In this document: piece by piece, positions 31,696 to 42,880 of the stretch | Position numbering within the stretch: the first letter of the stretch is position 1 | Layout: the number at the start of each line of letters is the position of its first letter | Source of the DNA: the human T2T-CHM13v2.0 reference genome, Homo sapiens | DNA: 64,000 nucleotides | Assembly (NCBI RefSeq): GCF_009914755.1 | Contig: NC_060933.1 | Reading direction: 5' to 3' (one strand) | Translations under genes and position numbers: made by a program | Notes under the pieces: generated by a model | What the model was told of the DNA's origin: nothing | Seen by the model: only the letters and a program-made list of their open reading frames with translations | Database searches by the model: none

Positions 31696-31815
31696 AGCCG
31701 AGACTGTCTGAAGCTGGGCCCACCTGCTGAGGGAGAAGTCGTCCAAGTCAAGTGGCCCGATGGCAAACTCTATGGAGCAAAATATTTTGGATCAAATATT
31801 GCCCACATGTACCAG
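31696..31815 (+). CDS. KDM4C: KDM4C third-from-last coding exon (Tudor region, [40 protein letters not shown])
   Basis: Acceptor ctgtttattctgcag| ends at 31695 and donor CAG|GTGGGT starts at 31816. 120 nt, phase 0/0. Peptide recognised as the KDM4-family Tudor segment of KDM4C. Confidence 0.97.
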
Positions 31816-32898
31816 GTGGGTTCTTCCTTCTCTGTGATGCTTGCTAAGATTGACATGATAAGTCAGAAGGAGATAGTATCTCAAGTGTGCTGCTGAACAA
31901 TAAGCCACATGAATTTGGGACACCTCTTATTTTATGCAGGAGGCAAAGATTCAATGTGTAATGACCCAGGTCGAAACCCTGGAGTTTTATTACCAAGTTG
32001 GACACTGGGAAACTCTTAACAGCATTTGATGAATGGTTTAATTGTAAGGAATATGGTTCTGCCAGAAAGATAAGTGACTAGAAGACAGGCTGCCTCCCAC
32101 TGTTTCTGTTGTATGGGGAACGACTAGTTGGCCGATTCATCTAACCTTCAGCCAAGACAGCGATGGCCACTCTTCAACCAGCAGCCCCTGAAGTGGTGGC
32201 TTTTGCTGAGAGACATAGTCTCCCCACTCCCCGCTATCTCAGCAAAGCTAGACAACAGTGCATTGACATAGATGTGGCCAGTTAATGTCACAAGGAGCTG
32301 ATGGTTATCATCCACCCAAGCTTAAAGGAATGCTTGTTTAAATGAAAAGTACAGCTATCAGTTGGACGTTCTGTTCACCAGGGAACCCTACGTAGTATTA
32401 AAGGGTATATATACAATTTTAAAATGAATTACTTTTATTTCACCCAGAAATGAGAATGAGTTAAGCTTTAATAAGGGAAACAACATGGATAGCACGTGCA
32501 CATTTATATTCCTTCAGAAAGGTTTTAAAAGGGGACATTTAGAGCCACTACATTGTAGAATTTTCAGTAACACTGTGTCAGAAATCAAGATTCTCAGGCT
32601 AAACTGTAGAGTGAAAACAAGAAGGTTGAAGTAAAAGGAGAAAAAGCAAGAAGGTTCAGGCCTGTTGAAAAACAGCTTGAGAATGATAAGACTGTCAGTT
32701 TCAACAGAGAAATTGTTCAAAGACTGATAAGGAGCAAGAGCTTAAATGGAAGAGTGCATTGTAAGATACTGCGTCAGGACCTGGAGCACAGTGTAATTAA
32801 AGGTGTTCAAAGAAGTTTGAAAAACTTAGGAGAGAGTGTTTTTCATGGTCTAGAAAAACCTAAGGGGAATGGATAGGGGAGGATGTATACACATACAT

Positions 32899-32925
32899 TG
32901 TGTGTGTATGTGTGTGTGTGTGTGT
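32899..32925. repeat. Interrupted (TG)n microsatellite
   Basis: Read directly. Confidence 0.9.
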
Positions 32926-33692
32926 AAAGGCCATTTCCCCCTTTGCATATGGTATTGGTGACAGTCTCAAGATACAAATTCAAGTTATTTATAATAGTAA
33001 AGGTACTGGAGCTTCATTGCATTAGAATGACCAGAATTAGGCAAAAATTGCAAGACAGGCTATAATACCGGAGGATCCTGGAAAAGAAGCATTACTACAT
33101 AATGCAAAATAAAATAATTACATTTAATTAAATAATAAGTGCAAAAGCAAAGCTTCTTACATGTAGCAAAGCCATTTGCTACATGAAAAGAATCACATAA
33201 TGAGAATATGTTGAAATTCAGGCTAATTAGTAATCAGTGTGTTAACTTCAGTTGAATTTATGATGGTCTATCAACATAAAACTATGAGCATATTTATAGA
33301 CTCAATGAAAAAGTTAAGACTAATATTAAAATTGTCTCTCAAGCACAAGTAGTTTAAAATTCCTCATTAAGCCAAGTGGCCTTTTGAGATCTTTTTGTGT
33401 TTTGTGTCTAATTATTCAACTTCACCATCAAATAAACAAAGACAGTTTTAAAAATAGATATGACAGATAAATAAATACCTGCTGCACAGTGCTTAATATC
33501 CTAGGCATATGCGTTTTTTGACCCTCAGAGTAGTCCTACAAAATAGATGTTATTGACTCCTGTCTTACAAATGAGGGAAGAAAGGCTGTGAACAAAATTT
33601 TTAATGATTTAAGAATAATTTTTTAATAATTTGTCCGAGAGCACGCAGCTGGTAAAGAGAGGGCCAAAATTCTCTCTCAGCTCTGCCCTAAC

Positions 33693-33807
33693 TAGGGTGG
33701 ACAACCATCCCTGCTTGCCTGGGACCATCCCTGATTTTAGTACTGAAAATAACTACATCCCAAGGGACCCTTGAGTCCCAGGCGAACTAGGACGGTTGGT
33801 TACCCTA
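33693..33807 (+). mobile_element. MER81 (hAT-Blackjack MITE) next to an antisense MIR
   Basis: TIRs TAGGGTGGACAACCATCC / GGACGGTTGGTTACCCTA, 115 bp. 8-bp flanks gccctaac/gtcctagc. Confidence 0.8.
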
Positions 33808-34350
33808 GTCCTAGCACAGCATACTCCCTTCTAGGTTTGTAATTGCCTTTTTGTCTTTTCGATGTTTTAAGTGGTCTAAAACAAATGAAAGTAGGCACAG
33901 GTGGTTCTAGCTATGCTATCAACTAAGTTGTGTAAATCAGATGACACTATGGCCTAGTTCAATGTTAAAGAAATGTTTCTGCTCAAACAAGGCCAGGAAG
34001 AAAACCCTTCCCATTGTTAGCCCTCCTGGAAGTGACAGCAAGGGTTCTCATGTGACTGGCACCTAATTCCACTGTATTGTTTAGCTTATTCAAAATGCTA
34101 ACAGTACGTGGATAATAATACGTTCAATTGTATGTTTGATCTTTATTAAGACCCTGGTGGATGTTCATCAACCAGAATTGGTAACTTGTGCCTGAGAGAC
34201 ATACCCACCTGGGTGTCTCAGCAAAGCTAGACCAATGCATTGGCACAGATGTGGCCAGTTAATATTATCATCCACTCAAGAGAGTGTTTGCTTAGTGCAA
34301 AGTGCAGCGATATATCAGTTGGACATTCTGTGAATTAAACAATAAGTGTA

Positions 34351-34664
<314 letters not shown>

Positions 34665-35232
34665 ATTAGTGTAAATTTTTTTCAAACTCTAGATTTTTTT
34701 TTTATTAACATGGCACAGCTGTGTGGTTTAACTTACCTTTTGACTAGAAGTATAAGCATATTTTCATTTCTTTAAAAAATTCAGACAAAATTTAGGGACT
34801 TCAAAAATACCATGTGGTTCAGAGTTAGAACATATTAAGTATTCTACCTGATTACATCCGTTTTGTTTCCTGCTAGATTAGTTCATGTTGTATTAAACCT
34901 AAACCAATCTAAACCTAGGTGCTCTAGGTTTCTGTTAGCTGGTGTTATTTACCTTTTCTTTGACAAAATCTTTTAAAATGTTAAAAACAATTGGTTATGA
35001 AATTATTTGCTTCCATTTGGTTAGTGCGAGAAAAGTTTTAAACATTTTGTTTTAGATGATGATGTATTTTCACACATTGATGAGGTTTACATGTTAGGAG
35101 GTTGAGAAACAGATTTTCCCAGCTCCTTTGATGGCATTTGATTGAATTTGACACGTGAATTTTGAAAGTTCAAGCTCTGTAAGAAATGCATAAATTATTT
35201 TATCTGGGAGGATTATTATATAAGAGTAAACA

Positions 35233-35565
<333 letters not shown>

Positions 35566-35779
35566 TTACGTTGTCAGAGCCTCTTAAAGAAATGAACCGT
35601 GCTGACAGACCCAACCCATTTTAATGCTGAATTTCCCACAGTCTCATGTTTTGTGATTTCCATTTGATCAGCAGCTACTTTTCTTTGTTGTTGCTTCGCC
35701 AGATAAAGTTTTCATATCCTGTATTCCAAGACACTCATTTCCAAGAATTTTGGCCTGTTTTGAAATGTATTTTGTATTT

Positions 35780-36082
<303 letters not shown>

Positions 36083-36248
36083 TCTACTTAATAAGGGAAA
36101 TAACTCTTCTTACTTCCTTGGTTGTTGGCTGGTTCCCTTGTTTGTTCTGTTTGAGTCCTTTTCATCTTTTCATGTAGTTAATTGGAGCCTTTAAAAATGG
36201 TCAGTGCTGTTTTTTTAATATGTATCATGTTATATTATCTTTCATTAG

Positions 36249-36341
36249 GTTGAGTTTGAAGATGGATCCCAGATAGCAATGAAGAGAGAGGACATCTACA
36301 CTTTAGATGAAGAGTTACCCAAGAGAGTGAAAGCTCGATTT
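36249..36341 (+). CDS. KDM4C: KDM4C penultimate coding exon ([31 protein letters not shown])
   Basis: Acceptor ttatctttcattag|, donor TTT|GTAAGT at 36342. 93 nt, phase 0/0, in frame with the previous exon. KDM4 motif VEFEDGSQ...[16 protein letters not shown]. Confidence 0.97.
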
Positions 36342-36491
36342 GTAAGTGCTGGCAGATGCCACTTGGGGACCTGCCAAGTGAATTCCTTGTCCTCACCTCA
36401 TGTTTCCCAAGCCCAGCAGGAAACATACTTGGGCTTTTGGATTAATTCTAAAAAAAGCCAATGCAACATTTTCCTTAGTGGAACCTATTGA
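36342..36491 (+). CDS. KDM4C: Alternative KDM4C C-terminus by read-through into the last intron ([10 protein letters not shown]...IFLSGTY*, 49 aa)
   Basis: The frame stays open past the donor to TGA at 36489-36491 (ORF track 36279..36491). ATTAAA 36691-36696 and AATAAA 36844-36849 lie downstream. Matches my recollection of an annotated shorter isoform. Confidence 0.75.
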   Translation, partial: VSAGRCHLGTCQVNSLSSPHVSQAQQETYLGFWINSKKSQCNIFLSGTY

Positions 36492-36843
36492 ATGCAAACT
36501 TCAAATTCAACCAAAATCGGGGAAATTAATGCATGTGCTTTACTTTTCTTCTAATGAAGTCACATGATGCTTCTTTGTGTTGACATTTATTGGTGCACAA
36601 AAATACTTACTGAATGTGTGCTCTGTGTAAAACACCAGGAGCAAACAAAGATACCATCAAGGCATTTGCAATCTTGTTAGTAGAAGCAACATTAAAAGTA
36701 TTCAGGAGTAGATCAAAGGGGACTCGGCATAATTGAATGTCTGTCTATTCTTTTATAGGTTTTTCATGGATTGACTACCTTCTGTCTCAGAAAGTTACTG
36801 ATGTTTGTGTCAGTTCATCATTAAGCTAAACTCTGACTTTCAT

Positions 36844-36849
36844 AATAAA
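36844..36849 (+). terminator. Candidate intronic polyA signal for the read-through isoform
   Basis: AATAAA ~350 nt after the alternative stop codon. Confidence 0.5.
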
Positions 36850-37269
36850 AGGGATAAACAAAGCCTAAATGCTAGTTGTGGGAATACTAAAGCAGTTTTT
36901 TAAAAAGGAAATAGTAGTTTCATGCCCTCACATACCATTAAAAGATGAACAAACATGGACAAATATTCAAAACTGCAGTCATTGAAAAATATAATTCACA
37001 ATAATTTAGACTTCATATTATTGTATCATAAAATATTCAGTGGACCCTGAAATGAAGTCAGTTTTATTCATTTAGAATTATATCTATTGTGTCTGTGAAA
37101 TGATAAATCCTAAATAGAGAAATTTGAATGGATGGGGTTTTTCTGACTAAAATGAAATTTTTTTTCTGAATAATTCAGTTTAGTGAGTGCTTATGATATA
37201 CTTGTCTGCAGTGATAGAGTCACTATAGATTATTTGGTTATTTTGGAAAAACCAAGGGTTTTCTTAAAT

Positions 37270-37495
37270 CAGGGATGTCCAATCTTTTTGCATCCCTGGG
37301 CCATACTTGAAGAAGAAGAATTGTCTTTGGCCTCACATAAACTACACTAACAATAGCTGATGAGCTACTAAAAAAAAAAAAAAAAAGCAAAAAAAAACTC
37401 ATAATGTTTTAAGCAAGTTTACAGATTTGTGTTTGGCCGCGTTAAAGCCATCCTGGGTAGCATGCAGCCCGCGGGCCATGGGTTGGACACGCTTG
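37270..37495 (+). mobile_element. MER30 (hAT-Charlie MITE)
   Basis: CAGGGATGTCCAATCTTTT...GGTTGGACACGCTTG. 8-bp flanks tcttaaat/ccttaaac. Confidence 0.88.
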
Positions 37496-39464
37496 CCTTA
37501 AACGTTCAGTTGTGTATGCAGCTTTTTTCCAGTCAGATGGGATCCTGACAGCAGAGTAACTGCATCAGGTGGGAACTGACTTTCCTCTCAGCTGCATCCT
37601 TCAGAGGAAGGTCCTTCAAAGTGAAATCGTCAAGAGGAGTGGTGGTATTGCTGCCCACTCGATGGGAAATGTGGCTCAGAGGGGACCCACACACCTGTAA
37701 ATAGAGTAACTACTAGATAATGACAGCAAGCAAAGAAAAAATTAAATATTCCTGTTGTAAAGATACCAGCCAAATCTTACCAAGACCGAAAAACCTTAGA
37801 TGACTTGTCGCTGTTCTGAGACCTGAAATTTCTTGAGAAAAACTTTCCTTTTCGAGATGTTAGAGATAGCTTCGTCTCGTTCTGTATTCCTGTCTTCCTT
37901 GGACTCCCCTCTTCCCTGCCTTATTCCCAGCTCCTCCCGCTCCTTTCTTTTCCTTTTTCAGCACCTAGAGATTTAGAGGATGGGGAGTGGAGTAGGTAGC
38001 CTCTCAAAGTCTCTTGGGTCTTTCATTTTCTAATCGATGTATGACTAAGCATCCGACCAGCTGAGTCTTGTAGATTTCAAATACTGTTTCTTAATCACAT
38101 GAGAAGAAAGCTCATTGCTTTCATACTCTGATCACAATCTCTTTGTTTCACAGTAGATTTCGCTCAGATACCAGGATGCCTTCCCCTGTGGCTGTCTCGG
38201 AACACAGGTCCTGGATTTTCTAAGGTCTATTTCACTGAACAAGCTCACCAACATTCAATTTTTTTTTTATTCTCTGAAAAAATTTTTAATTAAAAAAAAA
38301 GTGAAAATATGTAAATCACATCCATACACTCTGAATGCAGCCTGCTATTCTGAGCGGCTAAGCCAAGTAGAAAATATCTTAGGGAACAAAGGCTCACGGT
38401 CACTAAGTCCTGTTGGCCACCTTTATTGAATCAAAGACATACACAGTCTTGTCGTAGCCAGCCTGTTTCTCCCCTGGGTTGGTACATAGCCCTCAGACCC
38501 TTGGTTAGTCTGTCCATGATTATTACTATTTTTTTTCCAGTTGGCAAAACAAATCTAATTGGAAAACTCATTGATGGAAGATGTTTTATGGTTAGAAAAG
38601 TCTTTTTTGTTTTTTAAGGATGGAGGTTAGCCGCCCTTGTCAGGAGGCCTTGTATTTTAATGACTTCGGCTCACCCAGACACACGCTGACTGGGGGAGAA
38701 ACTGTTCAAAAGAGCCAGCAGTCCACCTCAGTGATTGTGTGGGGTTCTTTTCCACTCACTTCAGAAGCAGCCCCGTTACCTTTTATTGTCTCACAGAATA
38801 ACCATAGCAACGGTGCATAATTAGCTAGAGCTCCTGGTAAATCGGTTTTATTATTGTATTTGAGAGGCCGACTTTTGCTGTTTCTGCACAGTGGCAACAC
38901 TTTCATAGATGTTTTATTTTCTTCTTTGATAACTTTAGCACTTACACAAGTGAAAGATTACTCAGAGGAAGTATTTTGCCAAGAATGAATGAAACAAAAG
39001 TGTTTTCTCCTAATGGCAGAGGGAACCCAACCAGCCCATAATGATTTAGTTTTCTTCTCTAGTGAAACTAGGTGGTATGTGGGGGAAGCCGTGGAGGTGG
39101 CCTGTTACCCTGAGTAACTGTCCCATGAACTGGCTGGAAACATGAACAGCTTTACGCTTCGGTACATTTTTTGTTTTCAGGCTTCCTTGTGGCTGTTTTC
39201 TTGTTTTTCTCTTCTTTACTATGGACCGTGTGTTTTCAAGTCCTAAAGTGTCTTTCACCTCTGCCTCTGCCAGCAGCCAGGGGAAGCAGTCTCAGCACAG
39301 TGAAATGTGCTGTGTGTTGATGTCATCAGAAGTCATCCACCTCAGTGAAAACAGCTGCCAGTGCATTTTAGGAGGCAAGATAGTAGGGAATTGGGAAGCA
39401 AAAATAGTGCCTACCATAGACTTTAGGCTTTATCTGATTATCACAGAAAAAGCCACATGCCCTC

Positions 39465-40640
39465 ACTCAGCAAACACTTACTGAACAGCAGCCAAATACT
39501 AGCCACATTGTTTGCTGTGGGGAACACATGTAAAATTGGGTACACAGTCCCTAATATCCTCACCTTTATGGGGTTCCCCTGATGGGGAGAAACTTACTTG
39601 CCCCTTACCTCTACCACTGCCCTCATCTTACTGAGTGGATGTGTCAGGGCCACAGGAGTCCCAGAGAAGGACCCTTAAGCTTGCCGAGGGCAGAGACAGT
39701 AGAATAGAATAACTTTCACAGAAATGAAACAGTGTGTCCAAAGACAGAGAAGCATGGGGCCCTGAGCCAGGCAAGTATGACCAGGCCCTGCAACTGATGC
39801 CGTCTGAGCAGAGCACGGGGCAGGCTTCTGGCCAGGTTATGTAGGTCTAGCCTGGGGAGTGGGGATGTCATCTTGAAGGCAGTAGGTTGCTGGAAAATTA
39901 CAAGCAAGGGCATATGATCATGTAGAGTCTTATAATAAGAGGGCTTTTGGAGAGCTTTCTTCCAGTGGTACTGTGGGAAATAGGTTGGAGGTACAGCATT
40001 TATTGCAGTGCTTTGCAGAGGTGAGGGCCTGCCCCATAGGGTAAGGATCAAGAAGAAAGGCTGAAGGGCTTCAAGGTACATGCAGGAGGAATCCTGGACA
40101 CGGTGGGGAAATGTCTACAGTGCCTTTAGGTTTCTGGCCAATGTAACTGGGTGCATGGGCATGGTGGTGCCTTTTATGGAATGTAGGAAGGACAGCAATG
40201 GAGAAGGAAGGCTTTCAGTTCAATTTAGGACAGGTTGATTTGAAGGGCCTCTGAGACAGGGACTTTGTGATGCCTGCTGGGGAAATGCACTTACAGGCCT
40301 GAGCTGGAGCAGATGTGAGCATCTCCTGCAGACACTGAAGCCAGGGGTGTGGGCACAAAGGCCCAGGGAACAGGAGTGGAGAGGAGAAGGCCCAGTGCCA
40401 AACCTTAGGGCATCGTAGTTGAGCAGATAGTTAAGAAAGGGAACCCCTGAGACATCAAAAGTGAGCAGCCAGAGAAGGAGAAGCAGGAGAGTGGGTTTAC
40501 AAAATGACAGAGAAGAGAGCTTTAAGCAGTAATTAGTTGGCAGACTAGTCAAGTCAGTTTAGGGATAGGAAGGTGTCACAGGAATTAGCAACTAGGACTT
40601 CATTCAGCAAGAACAGTTTCAGGGAAGGGGTGGGGCAGAG
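39465..40640 (-). mobile_element. Degenerate L2 relic
   Basis: Purine-rich antisense L2-like motifs. Boundaries approximate. Confidence 0.5.
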
Positions 40641-41018
40641 GCCCAAAGCTAAGTAGGAGTAAAGGTAACTTAGAGATGACTGTTGACATTTGTCAAAAAC
40701 CTCGTTGGGCAAGAGCCAGAGGGGAGATGAAAAGTGAGGGAAGTTTAAAACGAGAAGACTTTAATCTTGCTTTTGTTTGGGGAAGGTCCCTGGGGTTGGA
40801 GGGTGGGGAGATCCTGGAGAAAGTAGGGCTAAATGGAGCCCCCCACTTTGGGTGGGAGAGGCGAGGGAAAGCCCAAAGCCATGCCTGGGGCCCTTCTATC
40901 CTGAGCTGGTGACCTGGGCATCTGCACCCTAACCCCAGCTGACCGAGTCAGATCTTTGTCCAGTGTTCTGAAGATCAAATGCCGTGCCCTTTTGCAATAT
41001 AACACCAGCTGCTTTTAG

Positions 41019-41195
41019 TCCACAGCCTCTGACATGCGATTTGAAGACACGTTTTATGGAGCAGACATTATCCAAGGGGAGAGAAAGAGACAAAGAGTGC
41101 TGAGCTCCAGGTTTAAGAATGAATATGTGGCCGACCCTATATACCGCACTTTTTTGAAGAGCTCTTTCCAGAAGAAGTGCCAGAAGAGACAGTAG
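41019..41195 (+). CDS. KDM4C: KDM4C last coding exon ([58 protein letters not shown])
   Basis: Acceptor gcttttag| ends at 41018. Manual translation gives 58 codons and TAG at 41193-41195, recognised as the KDM4C C-terminus. Too short to appear in the ORF track. Confidence 0.96.
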   Translation, partial: STASDMRFEDTFYGADIIQGERKRQRVLSSRFKNEYVADPIYRTFLKSSFQKKCQKRQ

Positions 41196-41573
41196 TCTGC
41201 ATACATCGCTGCAGGCCACAGAGCAGCTTGGGTTGGAAAAGAGAAGATGAAGGGACATCCTTGGGGCTGTGCCGTGAGATTTGCTGGCATAGGTGACAGG
41301 GTGTGTCTCTGACAGTGGTAAATCGGGTTTCCAGAGTTTGGTCACCAAAAATACAAAATACACACAATGAATTGGACGCAGCAATCTGAAATCATCTCTA
41401 GTCTTGCTTTCACTTGTGAGCAGTTGTCTTCTATGATCCCAAAGAAGTTTTCTAAGTGAAAGGAAATACTAGTGAATCACCCACAAGGAAAAGCCACTGC
41501 CACAGAGGAGGCGGGTCCCCTTGTGCGGCTTAGGGCCCTGTCAGGAAACACACGGGGACCTCTCTCTCTAGCT

Positions 41574-41587
41574 CCAGCAGGTGGCAC
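41574..41587 (+). promoter_or_regulatory. CTCF-like motif CCAGCAGGTGGCAC
   Basis: Fits the core CCASYAGRKGGCRC. Binding is not demonstrated. Confidence 0.45.
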
Positions 41588-42004
41588 CTCGGTACCCAGC
41601 GGGTAGGGCGATAATTTATATATTTTCCACAGTCAGGGAAGGACTCTCACTTATTTGTTTCAAATTGCAGTTTTTATAAAACATTTTTAAAACACAAATG
41701 GCATGTATGCTAATGAGATTTACCCGTGTGCTATCTGTATTTCCCTTGTACAGAACTTTTACATTTTTGAATATTCCTATTACTTTTGATTGTGTCTGAT
41801 GGGAACTGAGTTGTTGGCCTTTGTGAAATGAAATTTTTGGCTCTTGAGAAAGAATTCTTATGAATTGTTATGCGAATTTTATATATTTAAAGAGGGAGAT
41901 CTGGGGCTGTTATTTTTAAACACTTTTTTTCATAATACATATTCCGAGTAGATATTTATAAAATATATGTTTCTTTCATTATGTGTTTGTAAAATTAGAG
42001 TTTA

Positions 42005-42097
42005 AATAAATATGCTTTGATGCATAGTTTTGAACTAATGTAACATGATTTTTCTTTTTTAAAACAGCCTGAAAATGTACTAGTGTTTAAAAATAAA
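42005..42097 (+). terminator. Tandem polyadenylation signals AATAAA (42005-42010, 42092-42097)
   Basis: Two canonical hexamers. TGTA motifs lie upstream of the distal one and U/GU-rich sequence follows 42114. Confidence 0.85.
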
Positions 42098-42509
42098 GAT
42101 TTCCATTTTCTCCAGTCCTGTCTCTGACTTGCTTATTTGTCTGGGTTTAAACCAATAGAAAAACAAGTTTATTGGAGAGCTGGCTATCAGGACATACTGC
42201 GGCCCAGGTTTTTCAGACCCTCCTTCTGTCGCTGACTTTTTCCATGGTTGTGGCACATGCATGGCGATATTTTTGGAGACAAAGTCCCCTGCCTGCCTAC
42301 TTCAGTACCAATGGAAGTGTTTTCTTCAACTTCTTCTAGGCCCTGAATACATCTCAGACCCTTGAGTCTGGATCACTTTTCGTTCCAGGATTCCTGGTCC
42401 GCAGCTGTCATTAGTAGGAATTAGAGGTCCTCCAGTCCCTCCTTCATTGTATAAATGAGACCCGGAGGATAGACAGGAAAAGGGATGCCCAAGGGCAGGC
42501 AGTTTTGGT

Positions 42510-42880
42510 GACTGCTTCAGTTAACTGGGGCCACCATTTTGCCGCATTGCAAACAATTGCAAAATTGCAAAATCTTAGTGGCCTGCAGCAGAAAGCATTT
42601 ATTTCTCTCATCTAGGCAGGGCTTGGCTGGACAGCCGTGCTGACCTTGGCTTGGACTAGCTCACACACCTGCTCCGTGGGTCTCCCATCATTCTAGTGGA
42701 CCCAGTGGGCAGCCCGGATATGTTCTTCTCATGTCAATGGCAGAGGCAGGAGAGCAAGGAAGCCCAGCCAAGTAAGCACATTTCAGTCCTCTATGGGGCA
42801 CTGGTTAACATCCTATGGGCAAAAGCCCAGAGCCAGGGACTGGGATGGCATTTCAGACTTTTATGGCAAAGGGTATGGGT
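42510..42880 (-). mobile_element. Old MaLR (MLT1-like) LTR relic
   Basis: aaaatcttagtggc..gcatttatttctc..gggcttggctggacag motifs. Confidence 0.5.

Larger units (their letters stand above)
41196..42114 (+). other. KDM4C: KDM4C 3' UTR
   Basis: Runs from the stop codon to the distal AATAAA. The 3' half is AU-rich. Probable CA cleavage site near 42114. Confidence 0.85.

Noticed and set aside
31816-31896. In-frame extension past the 31815 donor
   Set aside because: The donor is good (CAG|GTGGGT), the extension is only 26 codons and there is no supporting evidence. The ORF-track start upstream of 31696 is also intronic.
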